Positions 18,970-29,282 are shown, counted from the stretch's first letter. The stretch: 64,000 bases of DNA from Thermostichus sp. DRC_bins_24 (GCA_039794845.1 JAUQVK010000103.1:14884-78883); one strand, 5' to 3'. The notes: generated from the letters alone by a model not told the origin. Made by a program: numbers and translations.

Positions 18970-20085
18970 ATGCTCCCATTTCCTTGTGTGAAGGCTTACA
19001 CTCAGCTGCCTTTGGCCCGGCAGTGGTGTGAACGGGTGCAGGGATCCCTACCTCTGTTTCTGGCCTGCTTGGGGTTTACGGAAACCGCTCTAATTCCGGG
19101 CATCTCCGCTGCGGGCGCCACTCCCTCCTTACGACGCTATACCGCCCTTGCGGATGGGGAACTGTTGCTCAAAGGCCACGCTCACCGGTTGCCCACCTCC
19201 CCCGATGGCTACCCTTCTCCGGTGGTGATCAGCTACGCGATCCTGACCGAGTTGGGGATCCCCTACCATGTGTTCAATTGTGGCCTGCCGGATCCCTTGC
19301 CAGGGGCGGAAACTGTGGCTTCCGGGGGGATAGCCCGCTGCCTGAGCACAGGACAGGCTTTGCCTTTAGAACGGGTGGGATCCCTGTGGCAGGAGGGGTT
19401 TGAACGGGGCACTCAGCTTGGGCAGGGCTATTGGGTGATCGGGGAATGTGTGGCGGGGGGCACCACCACGGCTTTGGCCCTGTTGCTGGGGTTGGGCTGG
19501 GGGGCGGAGGGTATGGTGAACAGCAGCCACCCGGTTTGTAACCACGCGCAAAAGTTGGCTTTGGTGCGGCAGGGGTTGGCCCATGTGCCTGCAGGGGCCT
19601 CTGCCCCGGAGGTGGTGGCCGCCGTTGGGGATCCGATGCAGCCTTTTGTGGCGGGGTTGGCGATGGGGGCGGCCCAGCGGGGTGCGGTGCTCTTGGCCGG
19701 GGGTACCCAAATGCTGGCGGTGGTGGCCCTGATGAGGCGCTGGGGGCAGGAGCAGGGGATCCCTTGGCCCCAGGAGAATGTAGCCGTGGGCACAACCCGT
19801 TGGGTTGCGGAGGATCCCTCCGGCAATACGGTGGCCTTGGCGCAACTGCTGGGTACGGTGCCTCTTTTGGCCACCCAGCTCAGCTTGGCCAACAGCCGCC
19901 ATGCTCCCCTACAGGCCTATGAACGGGGCTACGTGAAAGAAGGTGTTGGGGCGGGCGGATTGGCCATCGCCAGTAGCCTTTACGCCACCTGGGGCCAGAG
20001 GGAACTGTTGGCGGCGATCGAACGCAGTTACGAAAGGCTGGTGCTTCAAGCTGCCTCTAAGGGGGCCATGGTCAAGCCCTCCTGA
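18970..20085 (+). CDS. cobT: Nicotinate-mononucleotide-dependent phosphoribosyltransferase (CobT-like)
   Basis: TETALIPGISAAG, GECVAGGTTTA, GDPMQ, LAGGTQM, YVKEGVGAGG. Confidence 0.85.
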   Translation: MLPFPCVKAYTQLPLARQWCERVQGSLPLFLACLGFTETALIPGISAAGATPSLRRYTALADGELLLKGHAHRLPTSPDGYPSPVVISYAILTELGIPYHVFNCGLPDPLPGAETVASGGIARCLSTGQALPLERVGSLWQEGFERGTQLGQGYWVIGECVAGGTTTALALLLGLGWGAEGMVNSSHPVCNHAQKLALVRQGLAHVPAGASAPEVVAAVGDPMQPFVAGLAMGAAQRGAVLLAGGTQMLAVVALMRRWGQEQGIPWPQENVAVGTTRWVAEDPSGNTVALAQLLGTVPLLATQLSLANSRHAPLQAYERGYVKEGVGAGGLAIASSLYATWGQRELLAAIERSYERLVLQAASKGAMVKPS

Positions 20086-20351
20086 AGCAGCTGCTGGTGG
20101 TAGAGCTCCGCCTGTTCTTGGGGGCCAACCCAGACGATTGCTTGTCCCTCGGCATCCACCTGCACCGTCAGTTGCCGCGCTAAGGGCAGAGTCATGCCAG
20201 GAATGTATTTCAACAAACACTCGGTAACGTGCTGGAAGGTGTTGAAGTCGTCATCCAGGACGATCACCTTGAACTGAGGATAGGGTTTGCGAACCCGTGT
20301 ACTCGATGGAGACGACTGCTGCGCAGGGCGGGTGGGGGCTTCCGTAGTCAT
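20046..20351 (-). CDS. clpS: ATP-dependent Clp protease adaptor ClpS
   Basis: KVIVLDDDFNTFQHV, GQAIVWVGPQEQAELY, GLTMAPLE. Confidence 0.92.
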   Translation of the reverse strand: MTTEAPTRPAQQSSPSSTRVRKPYPQFKVIVLDDDFNTFQHVTECLLKYIPGMTLPLARQLTVQVDAEGQAIVWVGPQEQAELYHQQLLQEGLTMAPLEAA

Positions 20352-20476
20352 AGCAGAAGGAATCGAGACAAACCTTAACGAGCAACTTGCCAAATCCAGA
20401 AAAATGGCTCTTCTTTAAGCTTAATGTTTGCATCATAGTTCACCAGCCCGCCTCTTCCCAACCTGTTGGGGATCCC

Positions 20477-22333
20477 CTAGCTCAGTTCCTCTCGCAGCGA
20501 GCGGCGGGGTTTGTGCTCACCGAAGTTGCGCTCGAAGTAAAGAGCAGTAGCCTGATGCAGGATCCCGGCTTGGGCGAGGGCCTGACACAGGGATCCACCA
20601 GGGGGTAGGTGTTTCTGCACCTGTTGGATTTGTGCAGCACTGACCAATCCGGAGGCCTTGAGGTAGTCGGCCACATGGCGCCCTCCCGACAAGCCAACGG
20701 AATAGCCCCCTTCGCTGAAAACTTTGGCCGCGTCTTTGACCGTCTCGGGCTTGAGGTGGCTGTGGTGAGCCAACACATCCGTGAAGGTCCCCCCTTCCTT
20801 CTCCCAAGCATAAATCACCGTCTCGATGCCGGGGTTGTCGATGAGGCCAGCCGCTCGCAATTGTGTCAATACCCGCTGTACCCAGGGGGTAGCCCGCTGT
20901 AAGGCTTCCAGATCCTCTTCGCCTAGATATCCCTGTGGGGGCAAATCGGTAGGTTCGGCTACAGGGGTGCTCATCTCTGCTGCCAATTCAGCAATGGTCA
21001 AGGCTGCGATGTCCTCTTCCTCTTGGGCGGGGGTAGCCGCAACTGGAGCTGGAGAAGTTCGCCGGGCTTGGGCCGCTGCTGCCGTTAGGGCACGGTTTTC
21101 CTCCTGGGCTTTCTGAAGCTGGGTCTGGAGTTGGCGCACCTGTGCTTGGGCATTTTGAAGCTGGGTTTGGACCTCCTGGTACTGCCTCTGCAGGCGGTGG
21201 GTGACCTCGGCGGTTTCTTCGCGGGCTTGGGCCAGGTCGGAGACCAAACGATTTTTGGTGGATTGGGCCAGTTGCAGCTGATGTTGGTGCTCCTGCAGGG
21301 TGTGGTTAAGGGCAGCTATTTGGGCTTCTGCCTGTTGAAGTTGCCGCTGGAGCTGGGCTTGGGCCTGCTGGGCCTGTGTTTGTTGCAAGTGTTGCTGGTG
21401 CTGCAACTGGGATCCCAGCTCTTGCAGCTTGTGCTTGGCCTGGGATTGCCATTCCGTTAGGTCGTGGCAGCGGCGGCGTAGGGTTTCCAGTTCTGTTTGG
21501 GCGGCTTGCAGTTGCTCGGCCAAGGCCCGGGTTTGGGCGGATCCCTGGGCTTGCTGAGCTTGGAGTTGGCCTTCCAGGTCTTGAATGCGCTGCTGAGCCA
21601 CAGCCTGTTGCCGGGCTGCCTGTTCGATTTGGGCGGCTAGCTGGGCTTCCAATTCCGCAATGCGCTGCTGCTGTTCGTGCTGGCGGGCTTGATAGTCGGC
21701 AAGCTGCTGCAGCGATTGGCCGGCCATGGCCCGTTGCTGTTCCCGCTGCTGTTCCAGCTGGGCTTCTAGGGTGGCAACTTGCTCTTTGTAGCTTTCCAGT
21801 TGGGCTTTGTACTGCAGGGTGGCTTTGTAGGCGCCACGAGCTGCCTGCAAAGGGGAGGCGTAGAGCGGGGGCTGATCGGGAATGGTAGACCAGTGCTCCA
21901 ACATCACTTCCCAGCTATTGCCCGCTCCCGCTTGGCGGCGTAGGTGCTGTTGTTTGTCAAGCGCCCAGTCCAACCAGTGGGACTGGATCCAGCCCTGTTG
22001 CACCAGGATCTCCCCCAGTTTGTGCTGGGGTTGCTGCTTCTGCTGGATCAGCGCCTCACGGATCTGCTCCAGCTCCAGATAACCGTGCAACATCAAAATC
22101 TCGCCGATGCGCACCAACTCGATCGGGAGGAGGGGGTAAAGATCTTCGGGGGCAACCCAGCCGTGCTGCATGCACAGCTCCCCCAACATCAAGGGGGTGT
22201 CGGCCTTTTCCCACATGGCCTGAGCCAGTTGCGCCGGGGTGAGCAGTCCGGCTTTGTTGAGGGCTTCCCCTATCCGGATCTCAAGTTTTTCCCGGTCAAT
22301 CGCGGCTGGGGCAGGGCTGGTCGACCGATTCAT
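20477..22333 (-). CDS. MshEN-repeat / long coiled-coil protein of unknown function
   Basis: Four RIGE/LGE-L-xxx-G motifs at N-terminus, a long Gln/Glu-rich coil, degenerate motif pair at C-terminus. Confidence 0.75.
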   Translation of the reverse strand: MNRSTSPAPAAIDREKLEIRIGEALNKAGLLTPAQLAQAMWEKADTPLMLGELCMQHGWVAPEDLYPLLPIELVRIGEILMLHGYLELEQIREALIQQKQQPQHKLGEILVQQGWIQSHWLDWALDKQQHLRRQAGAGNSWEVMLEHWSTIPDQPPLYASPLQAARGAYKATLQYKAQLESYKEQVATLEAQLEQQREQQRAMAGQSLQQLADYQARQHEQQQRIAELEAQLAAQIEQAARQQAVAQQRIQDLEGQLQAQQAQGSAQTRALAEQLQAAQTELETLRRRCHDLTEWQSQAKHKLQELGSQLQHQQHLQQTQAQQAQAQLQRQLQQAEAQIAALNHTLQEHQHQLQLAQSTKNRLVSDLAQAREETAEVTHRLQRQYQEVQTQLQNAQAQVRQLQTQLQKAQEENRALTAAAAQARRTSPAPVAATPAQEEEDIAALTIAELAAEMSTPVAEPTDLPPQGYLGEEDLEALQRATPWVQRVLTQLRAAGLIDNPGIETVIYAWEKEGGTFTDVLAHHSHLKPETVKDAAKVFSEGGYSVGLSGGRHVADYLKASGLVSAAQIQQVQKHLPPGGSLCQALAQAGILHQATALYFERNFGEHKPRRSLREELS

Positions 22334-22458
22334 TGGGCCTCTCCAGTGGGAGGAGCAAACTTCGTTACAACCATCATAGTGGAAAACCCTCAGAGGAATG
22401 GAATGCAGCTGCCGTAATCAAGACTGGGCAAACAAGCAATTCATTTGGGCACTAACCG

Positions 22459-22854
22459 TTAGGAAGAGGAGTGTTCTTGGCTTTGGGCAAACTGTTGCAA
22501 CTGCCGTAGGATCAACAACTGTCCCATCCCCAGGGGCAGAAGGGAGACTGCCTCCACCCGTAACTGCACCCAGCCATTCCCCCACAACCAATCACAGTAG
22601 CCGTCGGCTCCTCCCCACATCAGCAGGCGCAGTCGCTCTGGTAGGAGGGTTTCCACTTGGTGCATGATCGAAACGGGGCCACATTGAGCGTTGAAGGTGC
22701 TGCCCATTTCTAAGCTTTTGGGCAGGGATCCCTGCAACTGCTGAGGCCAAATCCATTGACGCAACAGCTCCACTTCTGTCAAGCAACGCCGTAATGTCGA
22801 TGAACCCGCCTCGACCTCAACCCGAATGGTAGATGATTGTAGTGTTCCTAACAT
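22459..22854 (-). CDS. Conserved cyanobacterial hypothetical protein (possible SRPBCC-like fold)
   Basis: MLGTLQSSTIRVEVEA...QWIWPQ...DGYCDWLWGNGWVQLRVEAVSLLPL. Confidence 0.6.
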   Translation of the reverse strand: MLGTLQSSTIRVEVEAGSSTLRRCLTEVELLRQWIWPQQLQGSLPKSLEMGSTFNAQCGPVSIMHQVETLLPERLRLLMWGGADGYCDWLWGNGWVQLRVEAVSLLPLGMGQLLILRQLQQFAQSQEHSSS

Positions 22855-22977
22855 AGCTGTCCCACGTGGGCCATCTTGTGACTTGGCAGTTGTCTGTGCC
22901 ACTGCCTTTTCAACACAGCTTGACTCTATTCTGGTCGATTTGCTGGCTTTGCCTACTGTTTCCCTGAGACTTTCCCT

Positions 22978-23676
22978 TTGAAGGCTCCCCGTCCGCATCT
23001 GGTGGCCATCTTTGCCCAAAGCCTGGATGGAAGGATTGCTGCCCACCGGGCGCAAAGACCCCACTTCAGCAGCCCTGAAGACTATCGGCACCTGGAAACC
23101 CAGGCCGCCCAGCAACAGGCCTTGATCATGGGGGCAGCGACGCTACGAGCCTACGGCACCAGCTTGCGTATCAAGGATCCCGACCTGCTCGAACGCAGAA
23201 CCCAACAGGGCCTATCCCCACAACCTTTGACGATCATCTGTTCCGGCAGTGGAAACATCCCCCCTGATCTGCCCTTTTTTCGCCAGCCCCTCACCCGCTG
23301 GCTCTGGACAACGCCAGCCGGATTCCAACGGTGGCAGCAGCAACCTGGCTTTGAGGACATCTGGGTGGCCCCCAACTGGGATTTGCAAACACGGCTGGCG
23401 CGTCTACGAGATTTGGGCATTGAACGGGTGGGGCTGTTGGGCGGGGGGCAGCTCTTGGGGGCGTTTCTGGGGGCACAGGCTCTGGATGAGCTGTGGGTGA
23501 CCCTCGCGCCGGTGCTGTTGAGTGGATATCCTGACTCGCCCGCTAGCATTGAGGGTTGGCAACTGGCGGGATCCCCCCCCCGACTGCAGCTGCTGGAGTG
23601 TCGTCAGGGTGCGCCAGGATCTGGCGCACAGGGATCCACAGAGCTGTTTTTGCGCTACCGCGTCGAGTGGCCCTGA
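22978..23676 (+). CDS. RibD C-terminal (DHFR-like) domain protein
   Basis: AQSLDGRIA, MGAATLR, LLGGGQL, DELWVTLAPVLL. Confidence 0.85.
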   Translation: MKAPRPHLVAIFAQSLDGRIAAHRAQRPHFSSPEDYRHLETQAAQQQALIMGAATLRAYGTSLRIKDPDLLERRTQQGLSPQPLTIICSGSGNIPPDLPFFRQPLTRWLWTTPAGFQRWQQQPGFEDIWVAPNWDLQTRLARLRDLGIERVGLLGGGQLLGAFLGAQALDELWVTLAPVLLSGYPDSPASIEGWQLAGSPPRLQLLECRQGAPGSGAQGSTELFLRYRVEWP

Positions 23677-23721
23677 GGGATCCCCGCCCCAAAAATTTTT
23701 GGACAACTCCAGATTTCTCAG

Positions 23722-24007
23722 AAATCCACAGGTTTTCCCCAGACTTTCCACAGGGTGACGGACAGTTTTCCACAGGAGCATTCTTTTGGGAGGGAGCATT
23801 GGAGGTTTCTGTGGAAAAGTTGAGATGAGAAGGTTCAGCCGAATACATCCACAAAGAAGTAACGAAATTGGGCCGTTTTTGCCGATCCCATCAAAATCAT
23901 TTGGGACCTTTTGCAATCTTTGTGCCCGTCCACAGGATTGACATCCCCCATGGGGCAGAGGGCAGAATAGCCCCACCTGAGGGTGAGGGGTGTGGAGGTT
24001 TTCCCCA
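23722..24007. promoter_or_regulatory. Cluster of DnaA-box-like nonamers (candidate oriC or DnaA-binding locus)
   Basis: Perfect TTTTCCACA at 23766-23774 and TGTGGAAAA at 23810-23818; near matches at 23722, 23733, 23744, 23845, 23926, 23991, 23999 in a ~600 bp intergenic region. Confidence 0.65.
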
Positions 24008-24277
24008 ACCGGATCCCCAAAGGCAGACAACAGGTTGTCAAGGACTCTGTTCCGCTTCTGTGCCTGGGGCGGGCTTAGGGGCGGTAGTGTTCCCTTTTCC
24101 TTTTTTATGTTGGTCGCCAGGCTATAAGTGGCCTGGTTTTGCTCTCGCCCGTTGGCGAGCCTCTGCCTACATTTAGGATTTGTTGTTTTGGATTTTGCCT
24201 GTTTGGGCGGCTTTGGCCATGCCCATGGATTCTATTGGTTTCACCCTTCGATCTCGAGTGAAGTGAGTAGTTGGACT

Positions 24278-24478
24278 ATGAATTCTCCCAGTGTCAGCAT
24301 TTTGAGCGAGATTCCGGAGGAGCTCCACGACACCCTCAAGGGCTACCTCTCTCGTCATCCCGATTGGGATCAAGACCGAGTGGTCACAGCGGCCCTCTCG
24401 CTGTTTCTGCTCCAGAGCGGCGATACCGACCGACGGGCCGCGCGGATCTACCTAGATAGCCTGTTCCGTCGGAGCTGA
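24278..24478 (+). CDS. DUF2811 domain protein
   Basis: VSILSEIPEELH...HPDWDQDRVVTAALSLFLLQ. Confidence 0.85.
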   Translation: MNSPSVSILSEIPEELHDTLKGYLSRHPDWDQDRVVTAALSLFLLQSGDTDRRAARIYLDSLFRRS

Positions 24479-24535
24479 GTCTTGGGGTTTCATCTGGCAG
24501 AATGAGGTGGATCAGAGTCTTCTGCTAGCCTGAGC

Positions 24536-26375
24536 TTGGGAATCGGCGAGGGGAAAGACGTGCCACGCGGCTTTGGGCAGGGGAAAGGTGACCGGCAAGC
24601 GGGCCCACAGGGCTTTGGAAAGTCTTCCCAACCTGCACCCTCCTCTTCCCCTCCAGAGGCCACTTTGGCTCTGGCCCGACAACATCAACAAGCAGGGGAT
24701 CTCGGGGCCGCTTTTCGCCTCTGCCAGCAGCTGATCCGTGCTCATCCAGACCGGTTTGAAGCCCAGGCTTTGCTGGGATCCCTCTACCTGCAACTGGGGG
24801 ATCCCCGACAGGCTCTGATCCACCTGCAACGGGCTCTGAACCTACAGGAAGATTGGGTTCCGGCTTGGCGGGAGTTGGGCCAGGCTTGGATGAGGCTCGG
24901 CAACCTTGAGGAAGCGGCGCGGGCTTATGAGCAGGGCCTGACTTTTGCCCCCGATGATGGGCAATTGCTCCTGGGTTTGGGCAGTTGTCGGCTTACGCAA
25001 GGGAAAGCGGCTCAGGCAATCTCGGTGCTGCGACAGGCGGCGATGGCACAGCCCTCCCATCCCTATGGGTTGGCCACCTTGGGAAATGCTCTGATGTTGA
25101 ATGGCCAAGCTGTGGAAGCAGAGCGCTGGTTTCGTCAGGCTCTGGCTCTTGCACCCAAGGACGGTCGAATTCTCGTGAACCTCAGCCATTGTCTGCATTT
25201 ACAAGATCGTCTGGAGGAGGCAGCCGATTATCTCGAGCAGGCGATAGCGTTGTTGCCAGGGGATCCACAGCCCCACAACAACCTGGGCACCGTCTTGCAA
25301 GAACAAAACCAACTGGAAGCAGCCATTGAGTCTTATCGGCGTGGCCTGCAGCTGGCCCCTCATTGGGCCGAGATCCACTGGAACCTCGGCACAGCCTTGC
25401 TGAGTTTGGGTCGCTATACGGAGGGTTGGCGGGAATACGGAGGGTTGGCGGGAATACGAGTGGCGGTTGCGGCGGCGGGGGGCGGACTATCCAACCTTCA
25501 CCCAACCCCTCTGGATGGGCTCCCCTCTCCACCAACAAACGCTGTTGATTGACGCCGAGCAGGGGCTGGGGGACACGATTCAGTTCGTGCGCTATCTGCC
25601 GTTGCTGGCTCAGGCCCATCCCGAAGCCCAAATCCTGCTGCGTTGCCAGGAGCCACTGGTGGAGCTTCTGAAGGACAATTTCGAGGGCCACTGCATCCGG
25701 GTGTTTTCGCAACAGGATCCCTTGCTACCCTTCGTTTACCACCTTCCCCTGCTCAGCTTGCCCCAGCGGTTGGGGACGACGCTGGAGACCATTCCCGACC
25801 GGATCCCTTATCTCAGGAGCAGCTCAAGCACCCCCTCGATCGAACCCCTTGTAGACCTTGCCCCCAGGACGTCCCCAAAGGTGGGTCTGGTGTGGGCCAG
25901 CGGCAGACGCGCCCATCCTGAACTGAACCGCATTCAAAGGCTAAAAAGTTGCCCGATTTCGCTGCTGCTCGAACAGCTCAACCTACCCACTATCCAGTGG
26001 GTGAGCCTGCAGGTGGGGGAAGATCTGAGCGAGATCGGCTCCCTGCTGGAGCAGCATCGGGTTTTGGAGTGGGGATCCCGTTTTCGTAGCTTTGTTGATA
26101 CGGCAGCGGCCATTGCCCAGCTGGATCTGGTGATCAGCGTTGATACAGCGGTGGCCCATTTGGCCGGGGCGATGGGCAAACCCGTATGGGTGTTGCTTCC
26201 GTTTGCCGCCGATTGGCGCTGGCTCCTCAACCGTCCAGATAGCCCCTGGTACCCCAAGGTGATGCGCCTGTTTCGACAGGGAGCTCCTGCTGACTGGTTG
26301 GGAGTGTTGCAGCAGGTGCGGGCGGCCCTCCAGGACTGGCTAGAAGGGATCGATCCCCGCTACTCTTCCCCCTGA
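24536..26375 (+). pseudogene. TPR-repeat protein with glycosyltransferase family 9-like C-terminus, frameshifted
   Basis: TPR ORF 24536-25552 and EQGLGDTIQFVRY/DLVISVDTAVAHLAGAMG/WRWL...SPWYP ORF 25467-26375 join as EGWREYEWR once one copy of a 19-nt duplication (25421-25458) is removed. Confidence 0.85.
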
Positions 26376-27088
26376 ATGATGCGCTGAAACAGATAGCCCG
26401 TGCCCCGTGCCGTTAGGATCAATTCCGGGTTGCTTGGGTCATCTTCTAGCTTTGCCCGCAGCCGAGAAATGTGCACATCCACCACACGCGTATCCACATG
26501 GCGCTCAGGGGTGTAGCCCCAGACTTCCTGCAAAATCTCGGAGCGAGAGAAGGCTTCCCCCGACCGGCTGACCAGCAATTCCAACAGGCTAAACTCCATC
26601 CCCGTCAGGCGAATGCGCTCATCCCGCTTATAAACCTGGCGCTTGTTGGTATCGATGCGAATATCCCCCACCTGGATCACCCCGGAGCTGGGGATCCCGT
26701 CGTGAGCCGCCCGTGCCACCCGCCGTAGCACCGACCGAATGCGCGCTTCCAATTCCTTAGGAGAAAAGGGCTTGACCACGTAGTCATCGGCCCCCAATTC
26801 CAACCCCGTGATCCGGTCGGCCACATCCCCCAAGGCAGTCAGCATGATGATCGGAATATCCGATTCTTTGCGCAACTCCTGACAAACCCCATAGCCATCC
26901 AGCTTCGGCATCATCACATCCAGAACCACCAAATCCGGATCCTGCTTGTGAAAGACATCCAGCGCTTCTTCCCCGTCCGAGGCCGTGACCACGTCGTACC
27001 CGATCATGGAAAGACGGGTTTCCAAAATGCGTCGAATACTGGCCTCATCATCGACCACGAGAATCCGTTCTTTACGCTGTGCTTCCAC
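26360..27088 (-). CDS. rpaB: OmpR-family response regulator RpaB (Ycf27)
   Basis: ILVVDDEASIRRILETRLSMIGYDVV...WGYTPERHVDTRVVDVHISRLR...ELILTARGTGYLFQRI. Confidence 0.95.
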   Translation of the reverse strand: MEAQRKERILVVDDEASIRRILETRLSMIGYDVVTASDGEEALDVFHKQDPDLVVLDVMMPKLDGYGVCQELRKESDIPIIMLTALGDVADRITGLELGADDYVVKPFSPKELEARIRSVLRRVARAAHDGIPSSGVIQVGDIRIDTNKRQVYKRDERIRLTGMEFSLLELLVSRSGEAFSRSEILQEVWGYTPERHVDTRVVDVHISRLRAKLEDDPSNPELILTARGTGYLFQRIIQGEE

Positions 27089-27507
27089 GGTGCTGCAACT
27101 CCTGAACTGCTATAGGGATCCCGAAAAAGGAAGGCTAAAGCCAACGGATGGCTGGCCACTCCAAAATCCAAACGGCTTAGACCATTGAAAGCAGACTACC
27201 CCCAGAAACTTCAATACCCTCAAACCCTTGCTTAGCAGTCCTCAAACCCACCCTTAACCCCTGTGCCTGGGGGGGAAAAGAGGGAGGATTAGAGGAAGGT
27301 TCTTGGGGGAGTTCGCTCAATCTTGTTAAAGCTCCAACTTCAACTTTACCCAATACTCACACGCAACACGCGCACAACACGTGAAATCCACTCCTGCACA
27401 ACAACCATCTCGGTTGGCCGCCACTGAGCCTGAGGAGTCTTCGCAAGAAGTTACTTTCCACAACCTAATTTATCATCCAGAAGCGGCTGCCGGCCCACCT
27501 TAGCGGT

Positions 27508-28416
27508 CTATTCTCCAATTGTTTTACCAATCTTGATACATACCTTCACAACTTCTTCAGGAAACGTCATCCCCCCATCAGGGGATCCCTGACCGTTTGA
27601 AAGAGAGGCTGACTCTTCAGAAAGGGCCAAGGCATAACAACTGGCCAACAGTTGTGCGGAGCGAATTTCCCGCTCGGCATGGTGCTCCAAAATGCGCCGC
27701 AACAGACGTTCTGCCCCCAGCCAAGCGGCCAAAGGTAGGGAATCTTCAGACAGGGGCAAGGTGGGGTTGGGAAGGGATCCCAATGCTTGTAAAACCGTAG
27801 CCGAGACCCAAGAGATGGGGTTAGGCCGCTGCGCCACCCGACAGGGCTCACAGACCATGCCCCCGGAATTGAGGCTGAAAAAAGCACCGCCCGCTAGCCT
27901 CCCCCGACAGTAGTGACAGGCTTGCACCTGAGGAGCAAAGCCGGCCAGTGCCAAGAGGTGATACAGCCCGTGGGTGAGTAGAGGCAAGACCTTTACGTCG
28001 GAACTGGCCTGTTCCAGACGCTCCAGATGTTCCACCAGCAACACGAATAGATCCTCTTGGGTTTGTTCGGGCAGGGCCAAAATCAGGGTGACCTCCGCCA
28101 GGTATTGAGCCGCCGTGAGATGGGCCAGACTGCGGCTGAGGCGGGGAAAACTTTGCAGGGTTTCCGCTTGGGCGATGCGTTGCAACCTCTGGGAGGCATC
28201 GGCTTGGGTTGGCCAACGCCCCTGGGCAATAAGCAGGTCGTTGATCACAAAAGGTTCCATGCGTCCCCCCAGTTTGGAGGGCTGCTTGCGGGCTCCCTTG
28301 GCTACCGCCCGAATCAACCCCTGCTCGCGGGTAAGGATGATGATGATCCGATCCGACTCCCCCAGTGGGATCCCTTTCAAATTGATGCCCGTAACCCGAT
28401 AGGTGCGCCCACTCAT
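27508..28416 (-). CDS. recO: DNA repair protein RecO
   Basis: GINLKGIPLGESDRII..LTREQGLIRAVAKGARK, Zn-finger CHYC/CEPC. Confidence 0.92.
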   Translation of the reverse strand: MSGRTYRVTGINLKGIPLGESDRIIIILTREQGLIRAVAKGARKQPSKLGGRMEPFVINDLLIAQGRWPTQADASQRLQRIAQAETLQSFPRLSRSLAHLTAAQYLAEVTLILALPEQTQEDLFVLLVEHLERLEQASSDVKVLPLLTHGLYHLLALAGFAPQVQACHYCRGRLAGGAFFSLNSGGMVCEPCRVAQRPNPISWVSATVLQALGSLPNPTLPLSEDSLPLAAWLGAERLLRRILEHHAEREIRSAQLLASCYALALSEESASLSNGQGSPDGGMTFPEEVVKVCIKIGKTIGE

Positions 28417-29114
28417 GCGCTGGCCGCTCCTTTGGCGTGGAGTTCTTGCATCAGCTCCAGCCCCCAGGAGGTGCCAATGCGACTGGCTCCTGCCTCGATC
28501 ATCGCCTCCGCCTGAGCCACCGTCCGAATGCCCCCCGATGCCTTAACCGCCACCTTCCCCTGGCTCAGTCGCCACAGCAGTTGCACATCCGCCACCGTCG
28601 CTCCCCCCATCCAGCCGGTGGAGGTCATTAAAAAGTCCACACCCGCATCGATGCACACCTCTGCCGCCAGTTTCTTTTCTTCTTCGGTGAGGAGTGCGGT
28701 TTCCAAAATGGCCTTGATACAGACCCCCGTCTCTTCTACCAATTGCGCAATTTCGGCATGGAGGCGATCCAACTCTCCCGCCTTCAGCCAACCCAAGTTG
28801 ATGCGCACATCGAGCTCTTGGCAGCCCTGCTCTACGGCTACTTGCGCCTCATAAAGTTTTACCTCTGCCGTTGCTGTGCCCATCGGAAACCCCACCACCG
28901 TGCTCACCCGTACCGGGGATCCGTGCAGACGCTCGACCGCCCGCGGTACATAACAGGGGGCAATGCAAACACTGGGGAAGCGATAGCGCAGCGCCACCTC
29001 ACACGCCTGATCGATCTGCTCTGGGGTAGCCATCGGCAGCAATAGGGTGTGGTCGATGTATTCCGCCAAATGGATTGGGCCATCCACAGCGCCCTTGCGC
29101 TCCAGAGAGAGCAT
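28413..29114 (-). CDS. deoC: Deoxyribose-phosphate aldolase homolog (catalytic Lys appears replaced by Met)
   Basis: IDHTLL, VVGFPMG, KAILET, VKASGGIRT, RIGTS; FLMTSTG where family has F-x-KTSTG. Confidence 0.9.
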   Translation of the reverse strand: MLSLERKGAVDGPIHLAEYIDHTLLLPMATPEQIDQACEVALRYRFPSVCIAPCYVPRAVERLHGSPVRVSTVVGFPMGTATAEVKLYEAQVAVEQGCQELDVRINLGWLKAGELDRLHAEIAQLVEETGVCIKAILETALLTEEEKKLAAEVCIDAGVDFLMTSTGWMGGATVADVQLLWRLSQGKVAVKASGGIRTVAQAEAMIEAGASRIGTSWGLELMQELHAKGAASA

Positions 29115-29282
29115 TTGTTAATCCCACAGCACCGCCAACCTCCACTCTAGCGCCAGGCTCTGGCCTTGGGGATTCCCGCAGAAGATAGGCCTTTTTCCCT
29201 TTTTGGCTGCAAAAGTAGCAAGCACAACTGCTCGCTTCCAGAGAAGCCGCTACCCTACCGCTATCCTTGGCTGGATCTGCCC

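Noticed and set aside
27089..27507. Possible tRNA or ncRNA in the rpaB-recO gap
   Set aside because: No cloverleaf or recognisable RNA motif; most simply the rpaB promoter and leader.
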